Positions 29,159-39,891 of a stretch of DNA of 64,000 nt are shown here, piece after piece. Every line of letters starts with the position of its first letter. The stretch's first letter is position 1. The translations under genes and the position numbers were made by a program. A model generated the notes under the pieces. It had not been told where the DNA came from. It was given only the letters and a program-made list of their open reading frames with translations, and ran no database searches. This DNA is from a virus, in IMG/VR virus record IMGVR_UViG_3300043425_000861. One strand, given 5' to 3'.

Positions 29159-30859
29159 ATGAAATTAAAAGACATCATTTTAGAATATCTAATGGAACAA
29201 CCGGACCCTAATCCTGAACAAGAATTAGACCCGAATGCACCGGTACCAGGTCCTGAAGATAACGAAGAACCTGATAGTGAAGAAGAGCCAACTGACGAGC
29301 CAGAAGGTGACCCCACACAAGAACCTGAAGGAACTTCACAAGTTAAACAAAAAGTGAAAAAACAATCACCTTTTGATATTGCAAAAGAAAGGTGGCAACA
29401 AGAAGTACCAGGTATTGAGTCAAACGCCCTTGAAGGTGGTATAACATTTTTTAATAATATTAAAACCAATTTACAACCACTACCAACAAGTCCTGACCAA
29501 AGAGCACAACCTGATGTCTATGCAATGTCTCAACGTTTCGCTAATGCCGAATATCCTGAATATTTTGGTAAATTGGCAGGTAACAGAATTTCAGACACAT
29601 TCAAAGACGTAAGTAAGTTAAGAGATATTGGTCATTATACTTGGGCTATGATTGAATTCTTAGTTGATAGGGCAAGTGAGGCGGATGCAAGAGAATCTTA
29701 TGATTTCTCAATAGAAGGTGACACACCTGAGATTAGAAAACAATCTGCAATGGCTAAGTGGGAAAAATCAGGAAACAAAATTATTGATGAAAATGGTTTA
29801 GTGGTTTTTAGAGTTCAATCAAAAGATGAGTCAAAAATGTTGGGATTATTACAACATATTTTGGTTGGTCAGTATGGTGGTATGAAATGGTGTATCACTT
29901 ATTTAGATTCGTCAAATTATTATAACAATTACAGACCTTATAGGTCCTACTACTTTGTTATGGATAAAAATAAATCTGAAAATGACCCTAACTACATATC
30001 AGTATTACAACCAATAGACACAAGATACCAATACTATTCTGATTACGGTCCTTATGTTATCACCCCAAGACCAAATGGTGACCAAACGAAAAAAACTTGG
30101 GAAGATGTTGTTGCAATATGGCCGGAATTAAGGGGTAAAGAAAATCTCATCAAGTTTTTCGGTGAAACAAATCGAGAAAGGGCTGAAAAAGAATTAAAAC
30201 ATATCAATTTTAATAAAAATGACCAAAGAAATTATTTTGGTTACCAGAGTCCAAATTTACAATTTAATTGGATTGACAATAACAATCTAATTAATGACCC
30301 TGAAGCGTTTTTAATGATGAGAAAAGAACTTCAAACAGAATATGTTAGAAGAGTAACTTTAGACAACTACAAAACAAGATTTACCTGTTCAAACACAAAT
30401 AAACCTTTTGGTATGTTGGATGCATTAAGTAAAAATGATAAGAGATTATTGGATGTACGTTTAAAAGAAAATGGGATAAAGGCTGGCATAAATGCTGTAA
30501 AGGCATCAATTCTAAAGGTAAATTTAAATCAATCATTTAAAGATATTAATAATCCGAATATTATGTTATTTGAAGACAGATATAGCAATGGTAAATTTGG
30601 TGTTATCGACTTATCCACAATGGATTGGCTTAAAGAATTAAATTACACAAAAGGTAGAGCAATCACTATGTTCGACCCAGAAAAAAGAACAATATTTGTT
30701 GTTAGAAGTTATGTTAGTTTAAATGGTGATGACTATTTTTATTTAATATTACCTAAAGAAAATTTAGTCTCTAAAGACAAGGAAAAATTAAGTGGAATTT
30801 ATCTTGATGGGCCTGAAGGTGATGAATACATTAAAAAATACAAAAGGTTAGGTGAATAA
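29159..30859 (+). CDS. large hypothetical protein with MKLKDIILE leader and acidic Pro linker
   Basis: 566 aa; KWCIT motif; TATTTAT twice upstream. Confidence 0.8.
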   Translation: MKLKDIILEYLMEQPDPNPEQELDPNAPVPGPEDNEEPDSEEEPTDEPEGDPTQEPEGTSQVKQKVKKQSPFDIAKERWQQEVPGIESNALEGGITFFNNIKTNLQPLPTSPDQRAQPDVYAMSQRFANAEYPEYFGKLAGNRISDTFKDVSKLRDIGHYTWAMIEFLVDRASEADARESYDFSIEGDTPEIRKQSAMAKWEKSGNKIIDENGLVVFRVQSKDESKMLGLLQHILVGQYGGMKWCITYLDSSNYYNNYRPYRSYYFVMDKNKSENDPNYISVLQPIDTRYQYYSDYGPYVITPRPNGDQTKKTWEDVVAIWPELRGKENLIKFFGETNRERAEKELKHINFNKNDQRNYFGYQSPNLQFNWIDNNNLINDPEAFLMMRKELQTEYVRRVTLDNYKTRFTCSNTNKPFGMLDALSKNDKRLLDVRLKENGIKAGINAVKASILKVNLNQSFKDINNPNIMLFEDRYSNGKFGVIDLSTMDWLKELNYTKGRAITMFDPEKRTIFVVRSYVSLNGDDYFYLILPKENLVSKDKEKLSGIYLDGPEGDEYIKKYKRLGE

Positions 30860-30887
30860 AAAAAGGGAGTTTTTAACTCCCTTTTTT
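30858..30887. terminator. bidirectional intrinsic terminator
   Basis: AAAAAAGGGAG-TTTTTAA-CTCCCTTTTTT between convergent genes. Confidence 0.8.
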
Positions 30888-30888
30888 G

Positions 30889-31731
30889 TTATGATAATAA
30901 TGAATAATACTCTTTAAAGTGTTTGATACGGTCCGCCAATCCAATCGTACCACCGTTAACACGTTTAGTAATTTTAGTTACAACAGTGTCAGTTGCTCCC
31001 TCATCGGCCATTTTGTGTAAACCGTTTTTATTGAAAAACCAAGCGGCGGATAATAATGCATAATTAGCGGCTACTTTATCTGGATTCGAACAAATATCTT
31101 CATTTATTGCTTTACCAAATGCAGTATAATTTTCTTTTCCGGTCAATTGAATATATCCTCTACCACGGAATTTGTATCCCTCTTGAGTTGATTCAGGACC
31201 ATTACCCATTCTTCCACCATATACCTTAGAAGCAATTTTAATTGGTTGTCTGGCGTAAGGCGCAGCTGAGGCTTCAGTTGGAAAGTATTTTTTAAAGATA
31301 CCATTCAAACCCTTTGCTGAATAGTTTAAGTTTTCTTGTGTTGCTCTAAATCCACCACTTTCGTGTCCACATTGTGCTAAGAAGTGAGCTAATCTTAGTG
31401 GAGTGTTAATTTGAAATTTAGAAGCAGTATCAGGGATTTGAGCAATAACTGCGTCAGGTATGTGTCCCTTTAATTTCTCCAATTTTAACCCACCAACTGA
31501 TGGTGCAGGTGCCGGTTCGGTAATTACTGTCGGAGCACTTGTAACTTCTTCACTAAACATTTTAGACCAAGTACCATCCCCAACAATACCATCTGCGGTT
31601 AATCCATTGGACGCTTGCCAAGTTCTTACTGCGGCATCTGTTTTTGGTCCGAATTTACCTATTGGGTCAACTCCTAATTTTATCTGTAATTTTTTTACGT
31701 CTTCTCCTTCAGAACCTAATTTAAGTAGCAT
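30889..31731 (-). CDS. endolysin: PG-binding domain + GH19 glycoside hydrolase
   Basis: GLTADGIVG..TW; HFLAQCGHES, ENLNYS, FRGRGYIQLTG, VNGG..GL..R. Confidence 0.93.
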   Translation of the reverse strand: MLLKLGSEGEDVKKLQIKLGVDPIGKFGPKTDAAVRTWQASNGLTADGIVGDGTWSKMFSEEVTSAPTVITEPAPAPSVGGLKLEKLKGHIPDAVIAQIPDTASKFQINTPLRLAHFLAQCGHESGGFRATQENLNYSAKGLNGIFKKYFPTEASAAPYARQPIKIASKVYGGRMGNGPESTQEGYKFRGRGYIQLTGKENYTAFGKAINEDICSNPDKVAANYALLSAAWFFNKNGLHKMADEGATDTVVTKITKRVNGGTIGLADRIKHFKEYYSLLS

Positions 31732-31837
31732 AATATCAATTTGTATTTGTAAGTTTATTACTTATAAATACCCAAAAAATATCAAATAAAATTTGGTAGA
31801 TTTCAAAAAATACTAGATTTTTGTAAAAATGTGATTT

Positions 31838-32353
31838 ATGAGAAGATTATACTTTTTAGTCTGTATCCCGTTATTTTTTGGGTTTATAGAACCAAAATAT
31901 AAAGATAATTCTGTTTTATTCAACTTTGAAAGGATATTAAATCAGTATCGCATTGAGAATGGTAAGTCTCCTCTTGTTGTTGATACGATTCTTAAAAAAT
32001 TTACTGAAGAACGATGTAAGTATATCTCGGAAGTTGAGTATAGTCATAATGGGTTTGAAAAGATAAAACATCTCCCTTTCGGATTTACTATTGCGGGTGA
32101 AAATATTACGGAAGCCGTCATACCTTTAGATAAGAAACCTTATTATTCTTCTAACATTAAAGAACTTGCGGATATAATGAATAAAATGGCAATGAGTACA
32201 TCGAATTACGATATTGCAATGTATTGTTTTTTGAAGTGGAAATATTCACCTTCACACAATAATTTACTACTCAATCCACAAACTAAAAGGTTCTACTTAT
32301 CATATGATAAAAGTAGAACCCGTTATTATTTTAATTATGTTTCTTTAGATTAA
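31838..32353 (+). CDS. CAP/SCP-domain exported protein
   Basis: LNQYR..NG, SH, GENI, W-x-x-SPSH-x-x-x-LL. Confidence 0.8.
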   Translation: MRRLYFLVCIPLFFGFIEPKYKDNSVLFNFERILNQYRIENGKSPLVVDTILKKFTEERCKYISEVEYSHNGFEKIKHLPFGFTIAGENITEAVIPLDKKPYYSSNIKELADIMNKMAMSTSNYDIAMYCFLKWKYSPSHNNLLLNPQTKRFYLSYDKSRTRYYFNYVSLD

Positions 32354-33567
32354 GGTTTTCTTGGACAAGGAACACCCTTACCTCTTTTACCAAATAACCC
32401 AAGTCTTAAATTCGGTAATGTAATTCTGATATTAAGATTTGGTCTAAATTTAAAAATGTTTCTACCTGTTGCGGTAAATCTAACAATAAAGTCAGTCCTT
32501 TCAACAGGTGCAAATTGAGGTGGAATCGGGTCAATTTTAACGGTTTGTGATTGTGGCGGAGTTTTACCCTTAACAGCAAATTCAACCACAAATTCAACTC
32601 TCTGATTTTTAATTAAATCTTCTTTATTCTGTCCCACATATGCAGGTCCGCTAGTCCCTGTAGCATCAAGTTCAACCATCTTATCACCATTTTTTAGTGT
32701 CATTGTTTGTCCTGCGTTGGTTCCATCGCTATTAATTACAACACCACTTGGATTAATTTCAGCCTTTCTTTTTGCAAGTTCTTTTGTTATATAATCATAA
32801 ACAACTCTTGCTCTTGCCTCTGACAATTCTTTAAATGTTGGTACTTTACCGGGGAATGTTCTCTTACTAACACCATTTGGTATTGTGGAAGATGAAGAAG
32901 TTATTTGTAATTTATTGATATATAAATTTGCTGCGGTTCTACCCTTTTTCTCTAAATTTGATGTCATATTTTGAATACCTTCATCAATCGCTGCCAATAA
33001 ATTTTCATTAATATAGTTCACAAAATCAGGAGTCATAATTGCCTCATTATATGCAAACTGCATTGGTTGTTGTACTTTTGGGGGTGAAAATATTTCGTAC
33101 CCTTCCTCAACAACAGGAACCTCAATCTCACCACCAGGTTTACCTGGGTCAATCATTTCTTGTTTAATTGTTACCTGATTATCTACAACGATTTTCTTAT
33201 TTTTTACTTGACCACCCAAAGTTCCTCTCTGATATGATGAAACAATATAATAATAAAAATTAGGGTTTAATTGTTTCATAGTATCAAATATCTGAGCAGA
33301 AGATTCATCCATCAAACCTTTCATTTGTGATATGGTTTTATCTAATTCAGGGTTAGGTAATGGTTGTTTGGTCTTCGGGTCCCAAGCAAGACCTACCGCA
33401 GTAAACATAGACTGTAATGTTCTATTTGCGAAGTTTTTAGCAATTTTAGGGTCTTTAGTTGAAAGAACGACATTAACATCGTCTTGTTTCTCAAACCCAA
33501 CTTGCTCCTCAATCATCTTGTCAACCACAAATTTGACTTGTTCTTCAGTTATAATAATTCTTCTCAT
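32350..33567 (-). CDS. leader-bearing protein with OmpA-C-like domain
   Basis: MRRIIITEEQV leader; LSEARARVVYDYI...NQRVEF resembles the OmpA/MotB PG-binding motif. Confidence 0.65.
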   Translation of the reverse strand: MRRIIITEEQVKFVVDKMIEEQVGFEKQDDVNVVLSTKDPKIAKNFANRTLQSMFTAVGLAWDPKTKQPLPNPELDKTISQMKGLMDESSAQIFDTMKQLNPNFYYYIVSSYQRGTLGGQVKNKKIVVDNQVTIKQEMIDPGKPGGEIEVPVVEEGYEIFSPPKVQQPMQFAYNEAIMTPDFVNYINENLLAAIDEGIQNMTSNLEKKGRTAANLYINKLQITSSSSTIPNGVSKRTFPGKVPTFKELSEARARVVYDYITKELAKRKAEINPSGVVINSDGTNAGQTMTLKNGDKMVELDATGTSGPAYVGQNKEDLIKNQRVEFVVEFAVKGKTPPQSQTVKIDPIPPQFAPVERTDFIVRFTATGRNIFKFRPNLNIRITLPNLRLGLFGKRGKGVPCPRKP

Positions 33568-33633
33568 TAATTTTATATTATAATATAAATATCCGAAAAA
33601 ATACTTACATTTGTAACCATAATATTTATTATT

Positions 33634-34095
33634 ATGGGAAAAATAGTAATTTCAGAAAATCAATACAAAAATCTACAGAAAATGATAACTGAAGATGTTA
33701 ATAACAGATACGAAAGAGTCGTTAAAGTTAATGTTGGTATAGGTGGAAGTCCTCGTTATGAGAATATGACCCTTGAGGACATTACAACATACTATAATGA
33801 AATGAGATTAACCTATTTAATCGAACAAGAACATAGAAGTTGGGGTATCAAAAACATATCATTATATGATATTCAAGGTAATGACGAAATTGAAGTGGAA
33901 TTACATTTATATCCTGACAACTCAAATGAGCCCATCATTAAAGAGATTAAGATTCCGTTAGATTGGAGTAAATTAGAAACAAGTACTAATCAAGGTGAGG
34001 GTGTGGTAACTATTGGTGATAGATTAGATATTAGATTTTACCTTGTTGATGGAAAATTCGAATATGAAATGGAATTAGAAGTTTACAATTTGTAA
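33634..34095 (+). CDS. hypothetical protein with ISENQY leader
   Basis: MGKIVISENQYKNL; TATTTAT upstream. Confidence 0.75.
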   Translation: MGKIVISENQYKNLQKMITEDVNNRYERVVKVNVGIGGSPRYENMTLEDITTYYNEMRLTYLIEQEHRSWGIKNISLYDIQGNDEIEVELHLYPDNSNEPIIKEIKIPLDWSKLETSTNQGEGVVTIGDRLDIRFYLVDGKFEYEMELEVYNL

Positions 34096-34231
34096 CCATT
34101 TCACTTTACATTTTATAATTTTTTCTTATACTTATATTAGACCTTGTGGTTGAAGTCGAAGTGTCCTTGCGGCATTTGAGTTGGAATTGATACCAACGAA
34201 TTCGGGTTCAAATACAAAAAAATATAAGGAA

Positions 34232-35008
34232 ATGAACAGAAGAATTTCAATCAACACGATTGGTTATGCTGTACCTCAATCTTTTATCACTAAAAGTAAA
34301 CAAAGATTAAAACAGCACACAGACACCGTATATCTGAATAACGGTGATGAGTTCGAAATCGAACTTTACAATCCCACACAAAATAAAGTTTTATCAAAAA
34401 TCGAGATGAATGGTAAATCCATTGGTAATGGTATCATACTTCGTCCTGGTGAACGTATCTTCCTTGAAAGGTATCTTGATGAGGCAAAGAAGTTTTTGTT
34501 CGAAACATACGTCGTAAATGGGAATAATGAGGAAGTAAAACAAGCAATTGCAAATAATGGTGATGTGGTTGTTAAATTCTATAATGAAGACATTTTACCT
34601 ACAAGAACTTTTTATGGTAGTGGTAGTACATTAACAATTAACAATCCCGTTTGGACTAATACGCCATATACTTACACAACACATAATACATTAGGTAACT
34701 CCTCTTTTACCACGTCAAGTACAAATACATTTTATAATACTTCATTAACTAGTGGAACTATTAATACTAATTCATTAAGAAGTCTTGAAACAGGTAGGGT
34801 GGAGAAGGGTTCCAATTCTGACCAAACTTTTACTTATGATAGCTCATCATTTGTTAGTTACCCATCAACCACAAATTGGTGGAAAATTAAACCACAATCA
34901 ACTAAACCATTAGTTAGAGAAGATTTGGTTACTTACTGTACAGAGTGTGGTAGTAAGAGAAAAAAAGACACACATAAATTTTGTCCACATTGTGGAACTA
35001 AATTCTAA
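34232..35008 (+). CDS. hypothetical protein with C-terminal zinc ribbon
   Basis: CTECG...FCPHCG; Thr/Ser-rich middle. Confidence 0.75.
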   Translation: MNRRISINTIGYAVPQSFITKSKQRLKQHTDTVYLNNGDEFEIELYNPTQNKVLSKIEMNGKSIGNGIILRPGERIFLERYLDEAKKFLFETYVVNGNNEEVKQAIANNGDVVVKFYNEDILPTRTFYGSGSTLTINNPVWTNTPYTYTTHNTLGNSSFTTSSTNTFYNTSLTSGTINTNSLRSLETGRVEKGSNSDQTFTYDSSSFVSYPSTTNWWKIKPQSTKPLVREDLVTYCTECGSKRKKDTHKFCPHCGTKF

Positions 35009-35043
35009 ATAAACATAATCACAAGGTCATAAAAAAAGGGAGT

Positions 35044-35214
35044 TTATACTCCCTTTTCTTTTTTATTATCGTGTCCACATTTGTGACACAAATACATATC
35101 ATCACCACCTTCTGATTTCTTCCATTCCCATCCACATCCGTCACATATGACTTTATCGGAAGTTTCAGCTTCCAATATTTTTTTTAATTGTTCTTCTGTT
35201 ACTATTATTTTCAT
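35044..35214 (-). CDS. 56-aa zinc-ribbon protein with VTEEQL leader (not in ORF track)
   Basis: MKIIVTEEQLKKILEAETSDKVICDGCGWEW...LCHKCGHDN; TATTTAT upstream. Confidence 0.75.
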   Translation of the reverse strand: MKIIVTEEQLKKILEAETSDKVICDGCGWEWKKSEGGDDMYLCHKCGHDNKKEKGV

Positions 35215-35291
35215 AGTAATAAATACATTTTAATTTCCATTTTATTGTTTTTTTATGTATATTTTACATATGTCTTAAAAGAAAATAACTG

Positions 35292-35642
35292 ATGAGTGAA
35301 CAAGTAAAAAAAGGATGGGGTAAAGAAATCGTAATTGCTAATAGTGAAAAATATTGCGGTAAATTATTATGTTTTAATGAAGGTTCAATATCCTCAATGC
35401 ATTTTCATATGTTAAAGGATGAAACTTGGTATGTCAATAGTGGTAAATTTATTTATCGTTGGATTGAAAAGAATAGTGCTAACATTTACGAAGAGACTTT
35501 AGATATGGGTAACATTGTTAACGTTCCACCAGGTTTACCACATCAATTAGAATGTATCGAAGAAGGTGTAATATTCGAAGTTTCAACACAACACTTTGAT
35601 GACGATTCTTATCGAATTTTTAAAGGAGATTCACAAAAATAA
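35292..35642 (+). CDS. cupin (sugar isomerase-like)
   Basis: KGWGKE, YCGK, SMHFH..KDETWY, H..E, STQHFDDDSYR. Confidence 0.85.
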   Translation: MSEQVKKGWGKEIVIANSEKYCGKLLCFNEGSISSMHFHMLKDETWYVNSGKFIYRWIEKNSANIYEETLDMGNIVNVPPGLPHQLECIEEGVIFEVSTQHFDDDSYRIFKGDSQK

Positions 35643-35645
35643 ATA

Positions 35646-36047
35646 ATGAAAAAAGTTTGGGTAAATGGGACATTTGATGTTGTACATATTGGTCATATTA
35701 AACTTCTTGAGTTTGCGAAATCATTTGGCTCCGTTACTGTTGGATTGGACACAGATGAAAGAGTTCGTTCAAAAAAGGGAGAATCAAGACCGTTCAACAC
35801 ATTGGTTAATAGGATGGATTTTATTTCGTCTATACGTTTTGTTGATAATGTGGTATGTTTTGACACTGACGAAGAATTGGTAAATCAAATTAAAAAATTA
35901 GAACCTGATGTGATGGTCATTGGTGGTGAATATAGGTATAAACAAATAATAGGATTAGAACACGTCCCACACATTGAATTTTTTGAAAAGATTGACGGGT
36001 ATTCTTCTAGTAAAATTTTAAATTATGAGAATAATAGTAATAGGTGA
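35646..36047 (+). CDS. cytidylyltransferase-like nucleotidyltransferase (RfaE domain II/HldC-like)
   Basis: NGTFDVVHIGH, KGESRP, YSSS. Confidence 0.88.
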   Translation: MKKVWVNGTFDVVHIGHIKLLEFAKSFGSVTVGLDTDERVRSKKGESRPFNTLVNRMDFISSIRFVDNVVCFDTDEELVNQIKKLEPDVMVIGGEYRYKQIIGLEHVPHIEFFEKIDGYSSSKILNYENNSNR

Positions 36048-36771
36048 AATTTGTGAAGATGTATTTGTGTACGGAGAATCTAAAAGATTAAGTCCTGAAG
36101 CGCCTGTACCTGTTTTCATTCCAAAATACACAACCATCAATAACGGTATGTGCGGTAACGTTATGGAAAATTTGAAAGGACTTGTTCCCGATGCAGACGT
36201 TAATTATGTCCCCCAACAAGCTAAAATAACTAAGACTCGTTACGTTGATGATAAAACTAATTATATGTTTTTAAGAGTTGATGATGGTGAAGGTGACGTC
36301 AGTCCTTTAAAATTAAATGGGTACATCCGAAAACTAATTGAAAAAAGTGATATCACTATTGTTAGTGATTATAATAAAGGATTCCTAACTGACGATGTTT
36401 TAGTTGAAATTGGTCAATTATCAAAATTGTCAATTATTGATAGTAAGAGAAATCTCACCGACTCCGTAGTTGAGTCCTACACATTTATTAAATTAAATGA
36501 AGAAGAGTTTTCGGTTAATAAAAAGTTATCCGAAAAGTATTTAAATAAAATGGTTGTTACATTAGGTATGAAAGGTGCAATGTATAACAACGTTAATTAT
36601 CCATCACCTTCACCAAAACAAACAATAGATGTTAGTGGTGCGGGTGATACCTTTGTGGCTTCATTCATAACAAAGATTTACGAAACGGACGATATTTCCG
36701 ACTCAATAAAATTTGCAAATGAAATGGCTTCAATTGTAGTATCAAAAAGAGGTGTTGCAACACCGTTCTAA
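36025..36771 (+). CDS. PfkB sugar kinase (RfaE domain I/HldA-like)
   Basis: RLSPEAPVPV, SDYNKG, DVSGAGDTF. Confidence 0.88.
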   Translation: MRIIVIGEICEDVFVYGESKRLSPEAPVPVFIPKYTTINNGMCGNVMENLKGLVPDADVNYVPQQAKITKTRYVDDKTNYMFLRVDDGEGDVSPLKLNGYIRKLIEKSDITIVSDYNKGFLTDDVLVEIGQLSKLSIIDSKRNLTDSVVESYTFIKLNEEEFSVNKKLSEKYLNKMVVTLGMKGAMYNNVNYPSPSPKQTIDVSGAGDTFVASFITKIYETDDISDSIKFANEMASIVVSKRGVATPF

Positions 36772-36773
36772 TT

Positions 36774-38285
36774 ATGTTAAAAAGATTTAAAAGAATTTAC
36801 GTTACAGGTTGTTCATTAACCGCGGGAAGTGGTTTAGATTCAAATGATGTTAAACAAAGATATAAAGAACTTCACAACATCGAATATAATCACGAAAAGG
36901 AATTAACATATCCAAAATATTTGGGTGAATTTTTTGAATGTCCTGTTATTAACGATGCCAAATCAGGCACAGGTTCACCTCGTTTAATTAGGAGAGTATA
37001 CGAATACATAAAAGAAATTGGTTTTGACGAAGCTAAAAAAACTTTATTCTTTTTACAGATAAATAATGCCGCTCACAGAGCTGAAATGTATTATAAAAAA
37101 ATTGGTGATTACTTAGTTATAAATCCAAAATACGATTTAGAAACTGGTGAATTGAAAGGAGTTGACTCAACAGATAATTGGTCGGGGAGTGATAGAATGT
37201 ACGATGCTAGAGAATATTTTGAGGTAAACAAATATTTAAAAAATCATTTGGATACGTTTCACGACCCATTTGTGTATGAAGATAAAATTGGTGATGAGTT
37301 TTTAGGTTTAATTAGTTTTTTAGAAAGTTTAAATATTGAGTATTACTATATTTTAGAGTTTGATAGTATACAAGATAGATATCGAATGGAAGTGTATAAT
37401 AAACTAAATAAAAAAAGATTAATCTCACCTGCTGGTGAATGGGGTGTAAGTCCGTTTACCACAAATAGAAAATTAAATATTTGTGATGAGACTAATTTTG
37501 TTGTGACAGATTCACATCCAGGCATTTTGGGTCATAAAGCTTTAGGTGAAGAATTATGTAAAATATTAAAAGAAAAACTAACACAAAAGTTGTGGGTTTT
37601 CGGTGATTCATTTAGTACCGGTTTCGAAGACCTTTCAATGCAATATAAATCATTTGAAGATTATGTTAATTTAAAAGGATATGTACCAAGAAATTACATC
37701 GATATTGTTTCGGAAGATTTTGGTTATAAGGTAAAAAACTTTTCTAAACCAGGAGTTTCTAATTCGACCATATTAGGACAATTCATCAAAGTAATGAATG
37801 ATATTGAACCTGAAGATATCGTGATTATAAATTGGACTTCAGTTTTTAGATTTAGGGTATCAAAAGAAGATGGTACTTTTTGGGATGTTACTGACACCAA
37901 CAACATTGAAAATTTGAAAAATCCAATTTCTAAACAATCGTTAGATGAAATCAAATTAAATAGAAGTAATGCGTTTTATAAAGAAATGTTAGAATACATT
38001 ACATTGATTGATAAGATTTGTAAAAATAATTTAGTAATTCATTGGTGTTGGGATTTACCTTATAGTATAAATTCCGACACAACAATCAATATCTTGAAAA
38101 ATAAATTATTAAGTATTAAGGATTTTGAAACAATTCACGAAGAGACTCGAGGAGAAGTGATTGATTACCACTATTCAGAAAAGGGTCATTTGGAATTATC
38201 CGAATTTGTTAAGAAGGTTATTAAAAATAAATTTGACCACCCAAAGGAATCACTAATTGATAGGTTATTGAAAAAATTATTGTGA
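36774..38285 (+). CDS. tandem SGNH-like domain protein
   Basis: GCSLT...DSHPG..GH and FGDSFS...DYHYS..GH. Confidence 0.7.
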   Translation: MLKRFKRIYVTGCSLTAGSGLDSNDVKQRYKELHNIEYNHEKELTYPKYLGEFFECPVINDAKSGTGSPRLIRRVYEYIKEIGFDEAKKTLFFLQINNAAHRAEMYYKKIGDYLVINPKYDLETGELKGVDSTDNWSGSDRMYDAREYFEVNKYLKNHLDTFHDPFVYEDKIGDEFLGLISFLESLNIEYYYILEFDSIQDRYRMEVYNKLNKKRLISPAGEWGVSPFTTNRKLNICDETNFVVTDSHPGILGHKALGEELCKILKEKLTQKLWVFGDSFSTGFEDLSMQYKSFEDYVNLKGYVPRNYIDIVSEDFGYKVKNFSKPGVSNSTILGQFIKVMNDIEPEDIVIINWTSVFRFRVSKEDGTFWDVTDTNNIENLKNPISKQSLDEIKLNRSNAFYKEMLEYITLIDKICKNNLVIHWCWDLPYSINSDTTINILKNKLLSIKDFETIHEETRGEVIDYHYSEKGHLELSEFVKKVIKNKFDHPKESLIDRLLKKLL

Positions 38286-38873
38286 TTTTTTATTTCTAAT
38301 CATACTCCAAAGATTACCAGTGTCTTTAACATTTTTCTTCGCGTAAGTGAATAACATACTAGCATCAATAATCTCATCAATTCTATAATCTACTTTCATA
38401 GTATGACTCCTATTATAAAACATTGTTTTAACATTATTACCGTCAATAACTAAGTAAAAAATGTCTCCAACAGAGTTGGTTTCGTCATCTTTAATATATA
38501 AACGAGCATCTTCTTGGATAACCTCTTTAAGTGTTTGTAATTTAATATCAACATTAGGCCACATTACATTTTTATTCCCAACCCCGAGTAAATCAAATTT
38601 ATGGACGATAATCCCTAATCTCACATCAGAAGGTATAACATAATTCATTATCTCGTCTAATGTGTTAAATATTTTTTCACTTTCTTCATTTGTCACTTTA
38701 TATGTTGCAACCTGTTTCCCCCAATCATCCCCACCATTTTTTTTCCTAAGTATAACAGGAAAGTAAGTTTGTTTTACAAATCTAGCGATAATTCTTTTTA
38801 TCGTGTGTTCGGTGGCGTTTAATTCATTAATAGATTGACTATTAATAGATTCAAAAATTGGGGTTAGCTTCAT
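38277..38873 (-). CDS. hypothetical protein with MKLTPIFE leader
   Basis: 198-aa ORF. Confidence 0.75.
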   Translation of the reverse strand: MKLTPIFESINSQSINELNATEHTIKRIIARFVKQTYFPVILRKKNGGDDWGKQVATYKVTNEESEKIFNTLDEIMNYVIPSDVRLGIIVHKFDLLGVGNKNVMWPNVDIKLQTLKEVIQEDARLYIKDDETNSVGDIFYLVIDGNNVKTMFYNRSHTMKVDYRIDEIIDASMLFTYAKKNVKDTGNLWSMIRNKKSQ

Positions 38874-38877
38874 TTTT

Positions 38878-39882
38878 TTAAGTTGTTTTAGGTGCTGGTG
38901 TCGGTGCAGGAGTTGGAGCTGGAGTTGTTGTTGGTGCAGGTGTTACCCTTGACTTCTCAATTTCTTCTGCTCTTTTTAAAATATCATCCTCAGTTACGCC
39001 AGGAGGAAGTGGAGGTAATGTTGTAGTTGTCGACGCAGTTCCTTGTTTTGCTGCTTGTGCTGCTCTTGTTATTGGTCCCATAATTCCATCAACATCTGCT
39101 TCAGTGAATTTTCTTCCGTTAACTACCGTACCCACCAATGTTTTTTGTAATTCTTGAACCTTAGGGTCGGGTTGTCTTCTTTGTCTTTGTTGTGTATTGG
39201 TTTGTCCACCAACTCCTATTGAGGCTTTTGCTTGGTCTATTTCCGCTTGAGTTACTCCAAATTTAGAAATATAATCGGACAAAGGTGTATTATTATATTG
39301 ACTTCCTGGATTTTTAATTATACCTTGAGCATCAACAGTTTTTAATATGTTAGTAATATTTTGAATTCTACTATTTCCAGCCGCGGGTGTTGGTGCTGGT
39401 TGTGATTGATTTAGTTGATTTGCTTTATTAATCTCATCTTGAGTTACCCCAAATTTAGAAATATAATCGGACCAAGGTGTGTTGTTAAATTGGGATTTTG
39501 GGTTTACAATCATACCATCGGCATTTACCATTCTTGATATGTTTGCAATTTGTTGTATTCTACTTTGTTGTTGAGTTGCTTCGGTGTTTTGTTTTGTTGT
39601 AAGTTCCTTTGCTTTTTTAATATCATCTTGAGTAATATTAAATTTAGCAATATAGTCTGCCCATCTTGTATTATTATATTGAGATTTTGGGTTTTTAATA
39701 ATACCCTGAGCATCAACAGTTTTTTGTATATTCGCAATGTTTTGTAATCTTTTTTGTTGTTCATCATTTGCAGCCTGTGTCGCATATTGACCGGCGTACA
39801 TACCATACATCTGCTCTTTTATAACGTTATCGACAATTTTTTTAATGTCAGTTTCTTTTAGTTTTACTACTTTATTAGCCAT
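38878..39882 (-). CDS. leader-bearing protein with three ~60-aa repeats and PG-binding-like domain
   Basis: RxQxIxNI..VxAxGxIxNPxSQxNNT..DYIxKFxxTQ three times; VQELQ...VDGIMGPITRAA. Confidence 0.8.
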   Translation of the reverse strand: MANKVVKLKETDIKKIVDNVIKEQMYGMYAGQYATQAANDEQQKRLQNIANIQKTVDAQGIIKNPKSQYNNTRWADYIAKFNITQDDIKKAKELTTKQNTEATQQQSRIQQIANISRMVNADGMIVNPKSQFNNTPWSDYISKFGVTQDEINKANQLNQSQPAPTPAAGNSRIQNITNILKTVDAQGIIKNPGSQYNNTPLSDYISKFGVTQAEIDQAKASIGVGGQTNTQQRQRRQPDPKVQELQKTLVGTVVNGRKFTEADVDGIMGPITRAAQAAKQGTASTTTTLPPLPPGVTEDDILKRAEEIEKSRVTPAPTTTPAPTPAPTPAPKTT

Positions 39883-39891
39883 TTTAAATCT

